This document shows, one piece after another, positions 26,701 through 39,800 of a DNA stretch of 64,000 bases; position 1 is the stretch's first letter, and every line of letters starts with the position of its first letter. The translations under genes were made by a program, and so were the position numbers. The notes under the pieces are model-generated. The model made no database searches and was not told the origin of the DNA. It worked only from the letters and a program-made list of their open reading frames with translations. Source of the DNA: Saccostrea echinata (Eukaryota); assembly GCF_033153115.1 (NCBI RefSeq), contig NW_026889754.1, forward strand, positions 16,368,001-16,432,000, read 5' to 3'.

Positions 26701-29700
26701 TAATCAGCAACAATTACCAAATAATATTTGAATCAGGGTTGGGGCCAATTACTTTGAAATTTAATTAAATACTTTCAAATACATTGCAAAATTTGTTAAT
26801 TACTTGCAATTACAATTACATTGATATTTACAAATGTAATTAATTGCTCTCAATTACTTTGAAGAATGTAATTAGATACATTTCAATTACTTTTTGTTTC
26901 CTTTTCAAAAATCTTGAAGAACAAATGCATGTACATTTAAAGTAGGGGAATATTTAAAATAAACAATGTCAGGTGTCTGTCATGTTTGTGTGTTTCATCA
27001 ACATAAGACCTAGTCTTACATGTACATTTATCAATTAATTGACTGCCTTTATGAAATTTGATTAAAAGCAAGTTTCCAAGAGTTTATGAATCAACCATAA
27101 AATACTCTCAAATTATTTCAGCTAAAGGTAGGCTAGCTAAACACCTAAAATTGCAGATGTTGACAAATAATATTTGTTTTAACTCTTTCAGAAACCAAAT
27201 GAATACATTTATAAAGATCTGTTTAAATGTTTAAATAGTGATTCAAAATATATTTCTTTTCTGAAGTACATGTATATAAATAGTAGAACATTCTTAATAG
27301 TATTTAGTAAATCACCTCTAATGGTCATAACTTTGAATTTAAACAAAGCATGGTATAAAATTTTGAAGGGTTGTTTTCATAGCAATTTACAGCTGGGAGT
27401 TGAAGGGCAACCAGGCAGGTCTTAATGAGACATTGAATTATTTTCTATTCTTTTTTGATAATCAAGCAGCAAAAAATTTAAATGTTACTCTTACTAACAT
27501 TCCTATACCAATTAGAGGTAGAAATTTTTTTTTTGATAAACATTTAACTAGTATTAATTCTTTATGTGTTATAATTATTAAACAAAGTAATATTTTTATA
27601 AACCAGCCAATATTTCAAACTCATTTATTGAGATAAAAAAGAGTTAAAGATTTTGAAAAACGGAAGGTCTTCTTTGAATAAGTTAAAATAACTGTAAAAT
27701 GTGACTGCGTTGGAAATATATTCCAATTAAATACACATAATATGTACTATTTAAATTAAAGAAACTGAAATGTAATTGAAAAGTAATTGAAATAACAGGG
27801 TATTTTTTCAGTGTAATTAATTATATTCAATTACAAGTAATTGAAAAAATGGTCAATTACAAATTACTTTGAAAAAAATGATTAATTTCACTCAATTACA
27901 ATTACTTTTATCAATTACCCCATCCCTGATTTGATTTGAATGCATGGCTTTGCGGAAATGGTGGTCTAGGTATGCATGAATTTAAAAGGAATGAGATGTT
28001 AAAACAAATTTTAGATGACAAGAACCCTATAACTAAATTCTCGTTATTAATCGTGTCTACGTTTTTTGATGTTAATTACCGATGAGCCCAATAATTTATT
28101 AATATCACACCTTTGTTATGTCATATTTACTTTATACCAGCATGCTTACATCCATTTTTCCTTTCTCCGCTTTTTCCATTCTGTTGGACTGACTTTTTCT
28201 TTAGGAAATAAACCGTAATCACTACAGCCAGAATCACAATACAAACAGCCACAGAAGATCCAATCACAAGGGACACTGATGTATCATTGGACGAAGAGAA
28301 TGATGTTGGCAAGGCTGAAAATAAATTTAAACCTTCAGGATCAAGAAAAAGAAAAAAAAGACTATTCAATTTATTAATTTAAACACATCAGAGGAGATGA
28401 TAGAAATCAAATTTCTAATTGCTACAAAAATATATACAAATCATACATTTTCATGAAATATGGAGATAACGAACAGTATTTAAGCTTAAAGTCCATTAAA
28501 TACAATACAGATCGGGAGCAGAGCAAACACGGACCACCAAAAGCATCAGAGGTGAGATCAGGTGCCATGAAGGAGTGAGCTTCCCCTGCCGACCCGTCAC
28601 AACCGTCGTGTGCTCCTTTTTATGATCGGCAGATAACAGAAAAATCTGTCGACAATTCAGTGTGTAAATTTATCATTGGGAATAAAATCTTTTTTTAAAC
28701 TAGACGTTCTAAGAGTGATCTCACAACAACATCCCCACTGACACATATTCGGGCCAATGACGTCTTTGTCAACTTTGAGATTCTTTGTTTCTACAATCCA
28801 ATGTTTCTCCACTTTAAAAAGTTTTTCAAAGGTATTAACATTTTCTGTCAGTGACCTTGAGCTTGCCAAAACGATCTTTGGTCAAGATCTTTAAACACTC
28901 TTAAATCATGAAAAATCTTTGTGTAAAATATTGGATTCCAAACTTTATTTGTAAGAATGAAATACCGTGCAGATAACACCGAACTTACCCAGCTTACAAC
29001 CTTCGTTAAAGGTCAAACAGTTTTCTTGTGTTGGAATATATTTTTGTTTATACAAGCTTCCAATATTTCGCCCTTACAGGATATGACCATAACAGGAATT
29101 AGCATATTTGTCAGTGACCTTCCACTTTAACAAATGACCTTGGATCAAGATCATGCCATACCCTCCGATCATAAGACATATTTCTGTGACGTTAGAACTT
29201 CCAAAGTTTTCAATGCACAAAGATATGGACCAATCAAATATTTTAAACTTTTGCTGAAATTGAGATGAAACCTACCAAAATGACCCTGAGTAGGTCAAAA
29301 TATAGCTCGAAGTGATACGTAATCGTTTTCTTTCCAAGATACTCCAATCGGTCACGGTAGTCTAGTGAAACGGCGTTCGCTTTGCAACCGGGAGGTCATG
29401 GTTCGATGATCCTTCGCCGCGCTGCATCAAGACCTTAGACTTCAACATATATAGGTAGTGACTGTTCCTTCGCCAAGCATCAGAGGTGGGATCAGGTGCC
29501 ATGGAGGAGTTAGCCTCATTAGAAGTGAAAGTCACGGTTCTTTTGGACTAGAACTTGAACACTAAGGTCCCGTGCCATAATAGGCTTTGACGACAAAGAA
29601 CCATCAGTGTTCAATGGTCCGAAGTGCCGAGTATAGGTCTAAATTTGAAGCCGCATATGAAGCCTGCATTTCACCGGCATATGGTGACCTCTCTATAAAG

Positions 29701-32700
29701 TGAAGAAATTTTGAATATGACGTAAAACAGTACACAATCCTCTGTCAATCCATGATCCTCCAATAGCAATGACAGGGATTATATGTATATTTTTTGTCAT
29801 TGCACTGAAATACAGGAAGAAACTGCACCTTTCAGTCAACGGAAAGGTAACTAAAAGATTTCTGAAAGATGACTGAATGGTAGAGCTCTGCTTTCAGCAA
29901 TCTTTCAGCCACCTTTCATTTAACTGAAGGAAAGACAATGATCCTGTAAAATTTTAACATGAAATATATGGAGATAACGAACAGTATTCAAGCTCAAAAG
30001 TCCTTTCAAGCAATACAAATGAGGAGCAGAGCAAACATGGACTCTAAAACATCAGAGGTGGGATCAAATGCACTAGAGGAGTAAGCATCTCCTGCCGACC
30101 GGTCACTCCTATGGTGTGTTCCTTGTCATGATCGGGAAATAACGGAAAATCCGTCGACAATTTAAGGTTTAAATAATGACAGACAGGAGTACAAGCAAAC
30201 AGTCGGAAAGACAGACAGGTATTTCCCGCTTATACAGCTTTCGCTTGTGCTTTTCACAAAGCATCTCAAATTGGTTTTAAATTATCATTTAGAATGAAAG
30301 GGCTTGTATAAATAAATACAATAATTTTTTTTAAATAAAGTATTCGTTTATAGTTTAAAAAACCCATATCTATAATGCTTATTACAACTATGACAGGTTT
30401 GCTCAAATTTTAGGGAGGTTATTACCTCGTATTTTGGCCTTTAATATACTGGGGCTTGAAGAACAGTTGATTCTATTACAACTCTCCAGCTGGTACCAGT
30501 ATTCTTGTCCTGGGGTCAATGATCCTAGGTCATAATATCCCATGTTACTCTCACCAGGATCTGTAAGATTTGTAATTTTCGTCCATTTTGATCCTTGTTT
30601 GTGTGATAATATAAAGAACTGTTCTATTCCTCCTTTAAAATTCGATATCCAGGTAAGATTGATATATCCACCATCATAAGAATTCCATGTAAAGTTCAAC
30701 GGTGGCTGAGGTGTATCTTCAAAATTATAGCGAAGAAAAACATGACAGCACTTGCAATGATCGAGTAAAATCCTAATTCTAATAAATATATTTTATCGAT
30801 ACGTAGAAAAGAATACAATCTTGAAAATTACTATTCTAGTACTCCATTGAATAAGTTCTAGATAGTTGTCAGATATTCAAAAACAAATAAATACATAGCA
30901 GACTTTGGCCTTTAGTCTTACGAAAAATAAGATACAATAAAATGCAGATTAATAAAAACATCACATCCATTTAAAAGACCAAATATGCCTCTGTGACGAA
31001 AATAAAGCTATCAATATTACCTTCAACGTTAATTACAATAATGAGAACTGTTTTTTCATTGTGCATCAGTGAGTAGTTTCCGAAGGATATGCGGTCAGCA
31101 ACAGGAAAGGAGCTGTTGATCCAGTATTTGTACGGAACATTTTCTCTATTTGAAACATTAGTCTTAATTGACGAAGAATAAGGTCCGGACCAAGCTATCC
31201 CTGCTTGGGAGACTAGTGGGTTTGCGAGCACTGGTACTTTCACAATAACCTTCTCACCAGGACCACTTACTGAACCATAATTAAGTTTGAACGACATGGA
31301 GCTGTCAAGCTGAAGATCACCTGTATAATCAAAATAAGAAGTAATTACGTTTAAGTATAATCTTTCCTACAAAGGATAAAGTTAAAGAAAGGAATCTTTT
31401 GTGCTTTTATTCTAGCCACAGGGTGAAGAAATTGAATACTTTATGCATAAATTTGTTTGAATATTTATTTGATAAAAAAAAATCGGCATTTAGTATACAG
31501 TTTGTTATACTGCTGTTCTTGAATAAAAAAAAATAAAATCTACATTTTCTGCATAGTTTTTAAATAAATCTTTTTATCCCCTTTGAAAGAAGGTGAATAT
31601 AAGGAACAGTGATAAATCTACAAAAATTCAAATCTGTAGACAGGGCATAAAATACTGACCCCTGGAATCTCCAAAGGTGGGATCAGGCGCACAGGAGGAG
31701 TAAGCATCCCCTGTCGACTGGCCACACCCGTTGTGAGCCCTGTATACTGATCTAGAAGACTGAACGTGACGTAGTTAAACTTAGTATAAAATAAAGGCCT
31801 AACAATTGGTCTGAAACAAATCAGCCACAATACGACCCAAGATATTCTCTCTCTTACCCCTAATAGCCCCCTATTGTGGTTCATAACCCTATATGGACCA
31901 TGATTAAAATAATAGTACAGTGAAATCAACGTTCTTTCTTACTCAGGTGGTATTTGAAAAGAATGTTATATGAATTAAACCTATTCTTATCATTCATTTA
32001 TTACCTCTATTTGGAAATTGTCACAGTACTTCATTTAAAAAAATGATAAGTTTTTATTTATTTTTTTTTTTTTTTTAGAATTTACATGCATTATTCTTAC
32101 CCAGGGTATTTTTGTAATCTTCCCAATGTGTAAATTATAAAACATAAAAATGGAACCTTCCAAATATTTTCTTTGTCCTGGCATAGTTTTCACTTAAAAT
32201 AGATTTTTCTTACTTTCGATTGACATGTATCATAATTGTAAACAAATTATTTACATAATGTTCCAGCTTTAATATAAATATTGTAAAAAAAAAAAAAACT
32301 ATACATTTAGCAGAGTATTTTATATCACAGTGTACCTAATTAAATCTCTAAGTAGATTTAATAAATTTACTGGTAAAAAATTAAATGATATTGATGTTGG
32401 TTTTGAACTAGACATTCTTTTAAGAGGAAATGTCAATATTCCTATCAAACAAACTGTAAATATTTTAAGTATCATGTTATGTAGTATATTTGATGATAAA
32501 AGATATTACATGTAACGTTAACAGTAAATAACCGATCGTTGCGTCCAAACTCTTGAGAATGACCCTCGCAACTGTAAGTTCCCGTGTCAGAACATTGAGC
32601 CCCTTCTATTTCAGTGTAGTTCAACCAACTTTGGAAGGCTGTCTTTAAAATACTGTTACCACCAACTTTTCTAAGTGTGACATTTGGGGTAGGATTTCCT

Positions 32701-33773
32701 GCTACAAAACACGACAGTCGTAGAGGATTCCTTTCTTTCATGTCTATTGCTTCTTGCATCATACCATTTATATATATCTTTGGATCTGATAAATCTGTAA
32801 AAAAAGATTATAGTTATAAAATGTGGATATATAATACAAATATACAATGCGCAAATGTAAAATCCAAATATTATTTTCTTTATCTGTCTTAGTATAAAAA
32901 TAATTGAAAAGAAAAATCATGAAAAGTGTTTAAAATTAACTATTGATTATAACTCTATATTTCTATTTTAATCCGTAAAAGTTTACAATACCTTTCTACA
33001 CATCTACCACATATATTTTTAATGTTCTCTACTTTTTTTTTTAATGTTTTCTATCCAAGTAATAAAAAAAATAACAAAAAGCCACTAGCCGAGTGTGTAT
33101 ATCCACTGACCTAACATTTATTCTATAACCGATTCTAGATCTGAAATAAGTACCTGCATCAATAAAATACGCCAAACATTTGAATCAAAATAAAATCTGT
33201 TTATAATAATATATCCCTAATAAAAAATGATTGAAATTTATTTTTCAGCTTTCATTAGGTTGTAATAACATTACCAAGCTTCGGGATCAGCGTATAAATT
33301 GATTAGCACAGTACGATCCAACACCTGTTTCAGTGTAATGTTTAAATATATGCTGATTGACTTGTTTGTGGTGTACATCTTTCTTTTAAGATGAGAGATA
33401 GGGATGGTTTCAGTGTAATGTTAAACATTTGCTGATTTGACTTGTTTGTTATGTATATACCTTTCAATAAAGATTAGGATGGAAGTATTTAAAATAGTCA
33501 GTGTGTTTTAATGTTTAAATCGAACGCTAAAATAAAATTTTCGTAGCAGGCAAATAAACTCGTTCGAAGTAACAGGATGCAGTCTCTTCCTCCCTTAAAG
33601 AGTGCAATTATTAATGCATTCATAATGTTTTTTTCCAGGTTTAATTCAATATGAAAAGCCGATTAAATAAATAATTTAATTAATTAATCAATTAAGCAAT
33701 CAAATAATAATGAACAGAATAAAATACATTGGTCTATACATATAAAAATGATGACATAAAATAAAATAAAACA

Positions 33774-33855
<82 letters not shown>

Positions 33856-36800
33856 CATATCCAAAGGTCGAAGATAATAAAAATATTTCATGGCCGATAG
33901 CCCTAAAAAGAAGGAAAAAAAATGTATACTTCATTTGATATTTCTCGATATAGTCAATTAAAGGACATGTATCTAATTAAATTCAGGGACATGTATCTAA
34001 TTTAAAGACATTGTCCTATCTATATCTATTTGTGAAGGAATACATGACATGCTACTTCACGCAAAAGTTTTGTCAAGATTCATTTCCCTTAAGCTAAGTT
34101 ATCACAAAGGTAAAAAAAAAAAGAATTAACAATTAAAAATATTCTGCAACCTATATGCTTTTAACTACATCAGAGAAGAAATTAGTAGTTCAAAATGTAG
34201 TTGTTAATTGTCAGTTGGCCATGAAGAGTGAGATTGATTGTACGTTGTTTTAAATCCGTTCGAGAATTTTTCTCTCATATAGAGACGTCACCATCTAGCA
34301 GTGAGGGTTCTTTATCGTGCCAACGCCTACCGTGACACGGGATCTCGGTTTCTAATGTCTCATCCGAAGGACCTGCAACTTTCACTTCAAAGTGCTGAGC
34401 GCTAGGCAAAGGATTAGTTGCTACCATTTTTTTTATCGACTTAAGTCAATCGCGGCCGAGATTCGAACACACGACTTCTCGATCACGGAGCGAACACTCT
34501 ATCGACTGAGCTACCGTGACAGCATGATCTGTGAGAAAGTTTAAATAAACTGTTTGTAATACTAAATCCATTTCTTGACTGTGTTTTAAGCAAATATCTG
34601 GAAAGTCAAAGATAACGCAGCTAGGTTAAGGACGTCCATGTGTAAACAAAGGAAAATCAGCAGCATATAAACGGTATAATTTTTAAACGACATTTCAAGG
34701 CAATAAAAAATTACTTAAATAGGATCTATATATGGTTCAATTACAACAGTGCTCCGGATCATTTTTCAACAAGGACATTACTGACGTCAGCTGTTTATCA
34801 CGTGACATATCAAAAATAGACAAAACATACCTTCCTTCTTTCAACACAAAAGTTCAAGGATATACGACATGTGTTGAGAATAATGTCTACTACTAATTAA
34901 AAGTCCTAGAATTCCTTAACCTGAAAAGTGCTGGGAGCAAGTATAGCATCCTCGAGAACACAGTCTATTTTAACTTCAAAAACCTTCGACCGATACATAA
35001 TCATGGTATTTACCATTTACTTGCAAGAAAAAATGCTGTTGTAAGACATGCACAAGTTGCTCCCAGCACTTTTCTTGTAAAGAAATACATACCCTCAACA
35101 TATTTATAAAGCATAAGTCCATACATATAAGGTATATCGTTGAACTTTTACGTTTTAGCAGATTCGGATTGCTGTTTATGCAAATGAGCTCATATAAAAC
35201 GCACTGATGATCGAGATCAAGGGCAGATAATTCCACTATTTTGAAGTTAACAAAGCGCGCAAAATTCGACTTTAGAAAGAAAGAACACGTTTCCAAGATG
35301 TATTCATAATATCTTTGGAATAAAAAAAAGTTTAAACTCTTTTTAATGATTTATATTCTTGTTTTCAGGTTGAAAACCAGGACTGAAACTGCAGATTTGG
35401 CTAAACTCTATTATTTCAAGCACTGCTATGAAGGGGCCTTAGTGGGCGTTTCCAGGCTTTATTACCAAAGACCATCGATTTTTTTCTCATGTATTTCAAT
35501 GAATAAACGAAATAAAGTTAAATTGTTGTCTTTGTTATCCCCAAAGGCTTTAATATGGCACGATTCATGGAAGTGCTGGTAAAATTAAACCTTGGATCCA
35601 CCACTCATATTGCATAAAAGAATCATACGTGTACATAAAACTCAAGCTGCAAGTCACATCCCGTACCAAACATTCTAACAAATGCTCATGAGCAGCTCAT
35701 GAGACTCACATGAGAACCTAGTAAGAAATGTATGCAAATTAGGTAGAATTGGATTTTGCTCATGTGCAGATTGTTAGTCTCTGTTAGGGAGGAAAATACG
35801 AACCAAAATGCACATGTGCAAAATTATGCTCACTTGGATGCTCATGAGCAAAAGTCTATTCAATTTGCTCACGTATGAACAGCCTTATATTAAAGATATA
35901 GCATTGGTAGTAATTTTTCTAAGTTCAATTTTCTCACGTGAGCATGAGGTTAGGAAATTGGACATAGTCAAAATTCAGTATTACAGGTAGAACCAAAACC
36001 AAAGAATGACAAGTTTCATTTCCTCATGTGAGCATTTCAAATGCTCACGTGAGGAAATACAATACTTTGTCACTCCAAGCTTTTACAAGCCTTCATTAGA
36101 ATTGCCCATGTGTTAACTGTTAATGCTTCCTGATGATAGCATCACAAATAATTGGGGGCCAGGCAGGAATTTCTTAATTTCTTGAGCTTCTAATCTTCAT
36201 CCCATCATTTTGCAAATGCTTTCCTCTACCTAAACAACCTGCTGTGTCCCCCACAGTTGCTTAAAACTAGGGCAGTATCCAATGAGGGGAGCCAGTCAGG
36301 ATTTGTGCGCACTTTCAGACTAGTTCAAAATTTCAATCCAAAATGTTTGTGAGGGACATGAAAGTATATACCGGTAGATTAATTTATACAGTAAAGAAGT
36401 GAAATATGCTTTGGGAAATACATGTCATCACCATATTGAACTGGATGTCAACATTTTAAAAGCTACAAATGTATCTAATGTCCATGAGATGAGGAAATAT
36501 TTAAGATCAATTACGAATGACCATGATGCAGCCACAATGAAAAAGAACTGTGATATATATATAGGAAAATTTCAAAGATTTGCTGGTATTAAAAGAATGC
36601 TGAGAAAAGGGTAAGTGCATAGGCTTTAATATAATCCCCCTCTCACGTGTGTTAATTATTAATTAATACTTAATTTAGATAGAAATGCAGTATGTTATCA
36701 GTAATTACAGTTTAATAAATGAACATGAATTTACATCATTATTTAATGTAATTAATGTTTATATAGTTCTGAATATAGGATCAAACATATTAAAATCCTT

Positions 36801-39800
36801 AATGTATTTCAAATTCTCTATAGATTCTTTTAAGAACTATAACTATGGTAATTAAGTTAGATTAGGTCAAAGTGTACATAACAGCTCAGTGCAGTAATCT
36901 ATAATTTATCTATGATAAGATAGTTGCTTAATATTGATGCATATGATTTTTTATTGATTGGCCTTTCATGACCAATTGAACCATGAAAAATATAATATTT
37001 ACTATTAATTCAAATTTTTTGCAGATAAAAGTTGCTGATTGAGGGATCTGCAGATTAACCCCGGCCCCTTACATATAGATGGAGTTCTGAAGTTGACACT
37101 CATTTAAAGGAAATGCAAGGAAAAGGGACTTGATGAAATGATTATGATCAATTCTTATGACTGCTGGAATATTTATTTCACACCCAAGTATGATTGCCAC
37201 GCATTCAGGAATTGGAAAAAAATCTACATAGCCTGACATATCAGAGACAACTTTAATCCATCTAGTGCAGTCCAAAACTGTTGACTGGACATTTACATTG
37301 GATGTTCTAGTGTAAATCTACTGGAAATCTAACTTTTTGATAATTTATGTACAATGTGTATTGTACATAATTATACATGTATAATTACGATTAATACAGA
37401 GAAATGTGTTTAATGTAGTATATACTAGTTGTTCATTTAATTTTAATTTTTATTTAAGTTTGAAAAATGAAGTTCACTGAACATTTACGCATGTATTTAC
37501 ATGTTGCTCAAGAATATTTAAAATGTTCAATATTATTGACGAATCATATTTTAAATATACATTTATATATTATATTTGTAATCTAAATTTTATTCTATTG
37601 TTGTTTGTTCAAGTGAGCAATTGTTGCACATGAGTCTAATGAGCCTCATGAGACTAATGAGCCTCATGTGAGCAATATTTTAGGTGAGCAAAATGATTCC
37701 TCACATGAGCAAAAAATGCTCATGTGCAGAAATTTTGCTCACGTGAGCATTTCACCTAATTTGCATGTTAAATTGCACATGAGACTCACATGAGCAACTC
37801 ACGTGAGGAAATCTGGTTAGTCCTCATGTGAGCTGCTCATGAGCAAATTGTGAGAATGGTTTGGTATGGGATATATTCAAGAAATTTTATGAATAATCAA
37901 AGATAAATGACAAAGATATGAACCAGGAATTTTTTTATTCAATTAAGCATAATTTTGTAAATATACAAAAATTAACAAAAAATCAATGAAGTTAATCTCT
38001 ATACAAAATGCTTGTACAGGCTATGACAATAAAAGTCACTGAAATTGCAAGAAAATGAAGAAAAGTGATCAAAATTCAGATCATATCTTTTTTTTCAATC
38101 AATATTTTTGCTGAAAAACAACACTTGGAAGATGAGAGGGAAAAAAAAGTAAATTATTATCATAATAAAAAAATGTTTCGGTAGTGTTTTTAACCCCCCC
38201 AAAAAGAACAACTCGATAAATGAATGCTTCCAACTTTTGGAAAATGTTCAAAAATCAAAATAATTTTAAAATATTTTTTTGGAGATTAATTTAAGAACAA
38301 TCATGGCAGATGTGCAATATCCTGAAGCTGACCTTGAAATAGTTAAATTCAAAAACATTGAAAAAATGTAAGTAAGAAGATCAAGAAAGAAATTTTCTAA
38401 CATTTGGGGTATTTGACAATACAGAGAGAATCATCATGAATTTCTGTAACTTTGCGAAAGTTATAATTGGTCGTTGTACAAAAGATCCAGAATGCATTCA
38501 ATGGTGGTCATCAAAGGAAAATGATAATAGTGCTATTGTAAATGTTAAGTCTTCAAACAAGTCAGCAACATTTAGATATAGCTTTTATAATAGTGTTATG
38601 AACAAATATTCCAAGATGCACTTGCCTTATGATAAATTTGTACGCCAGTTACCACGCGTACAAAACTACTTAACACAACCAAAATACTGGAAAAACAGTA
38701 ACAAAAGTGGACAGAAAAAAGACTTCCTTGTGCAGTTTTCTTTGCAACAATGGGATTCCCTCTCACACAAAGAAAAACTTCGTCATACAATATATGACTG
38801 TTCTCCATGTGAAAATACAAAACTGATAAATTATTCAGTACTTCACAAGTCCGCCACAGAATCAACTGAAAACATCGTGCAAATGTCTAATGAACTTGCA
38901 AATGAAATTGAAAATAAAAACAGTACAGGGGTCAACAAAATATTGAATGTCTTAGAACCAATCTTTGAAAAAAAGTTTCAAACAAACTTGAAATCAGTTG
39001 TTTCTGATAGGTACAACTTAACAGAAAAACTGCCTAGTGAGCAGAAACGCAAACAAAAAATCAAGCAAACACAAGAAAACACAAACAAAATAAACCAAAT
39101 CATAACCAACAATGAAAGTGAGGTTCAAAATTTTCTTGCATCAGGGAAGTCTTACAGTCAAGTTGATAGGGATAGATTGTCCACATTTTTTGAAGCCACA
39201 AATTCAGCAAGGGAGAGAACTGTCCGTGTGTCAAAAAAAATTAAAGAAGGCTTACAAAAGGCAAAAAAACATGTGGGAAACATGGACAACTACACGTTCG
39301 ACAGAGATGGCTTTTTAAAATATATGCAGAATCTTCCATCAGGATCACGGGTTATCTGGCGCTACCTAGCGTTTAAATTTCATGTAAAAAACAAAAAAGG
39401 TCTTGTTCCAAAAAATGCTGGCCAAGTTTTACAAACATTTGCTTGTCAAAATGGTGTAAACACAGATAAATTTAATCAATATCAGCGTGTAAGTGGTAGA
39501 GACTTTGTTCAAAGGGTAAGAAGATCACGACAGAAAATTTACAAATTTATTTCTATTCCAACACCAAAACCAGCCAGAAAATTAAGAGAAGTAGTACACC
39601 AAAAACTAGAAAACAAAGACCTCTACATTGGAGAACAGATTGCCCCAAAAGCTTTCAAATCAAACAAAATCGATACATCAGGTACCCTCGCCACTGTTGA
39701 TTACACTGTATATGGGAGAATGATTCCCCTAAAAAAGATCATAGAACAGATGGCAGAAATTCACAGGGAATACCAAAGAGAAACAGACACTGATGAAAGC

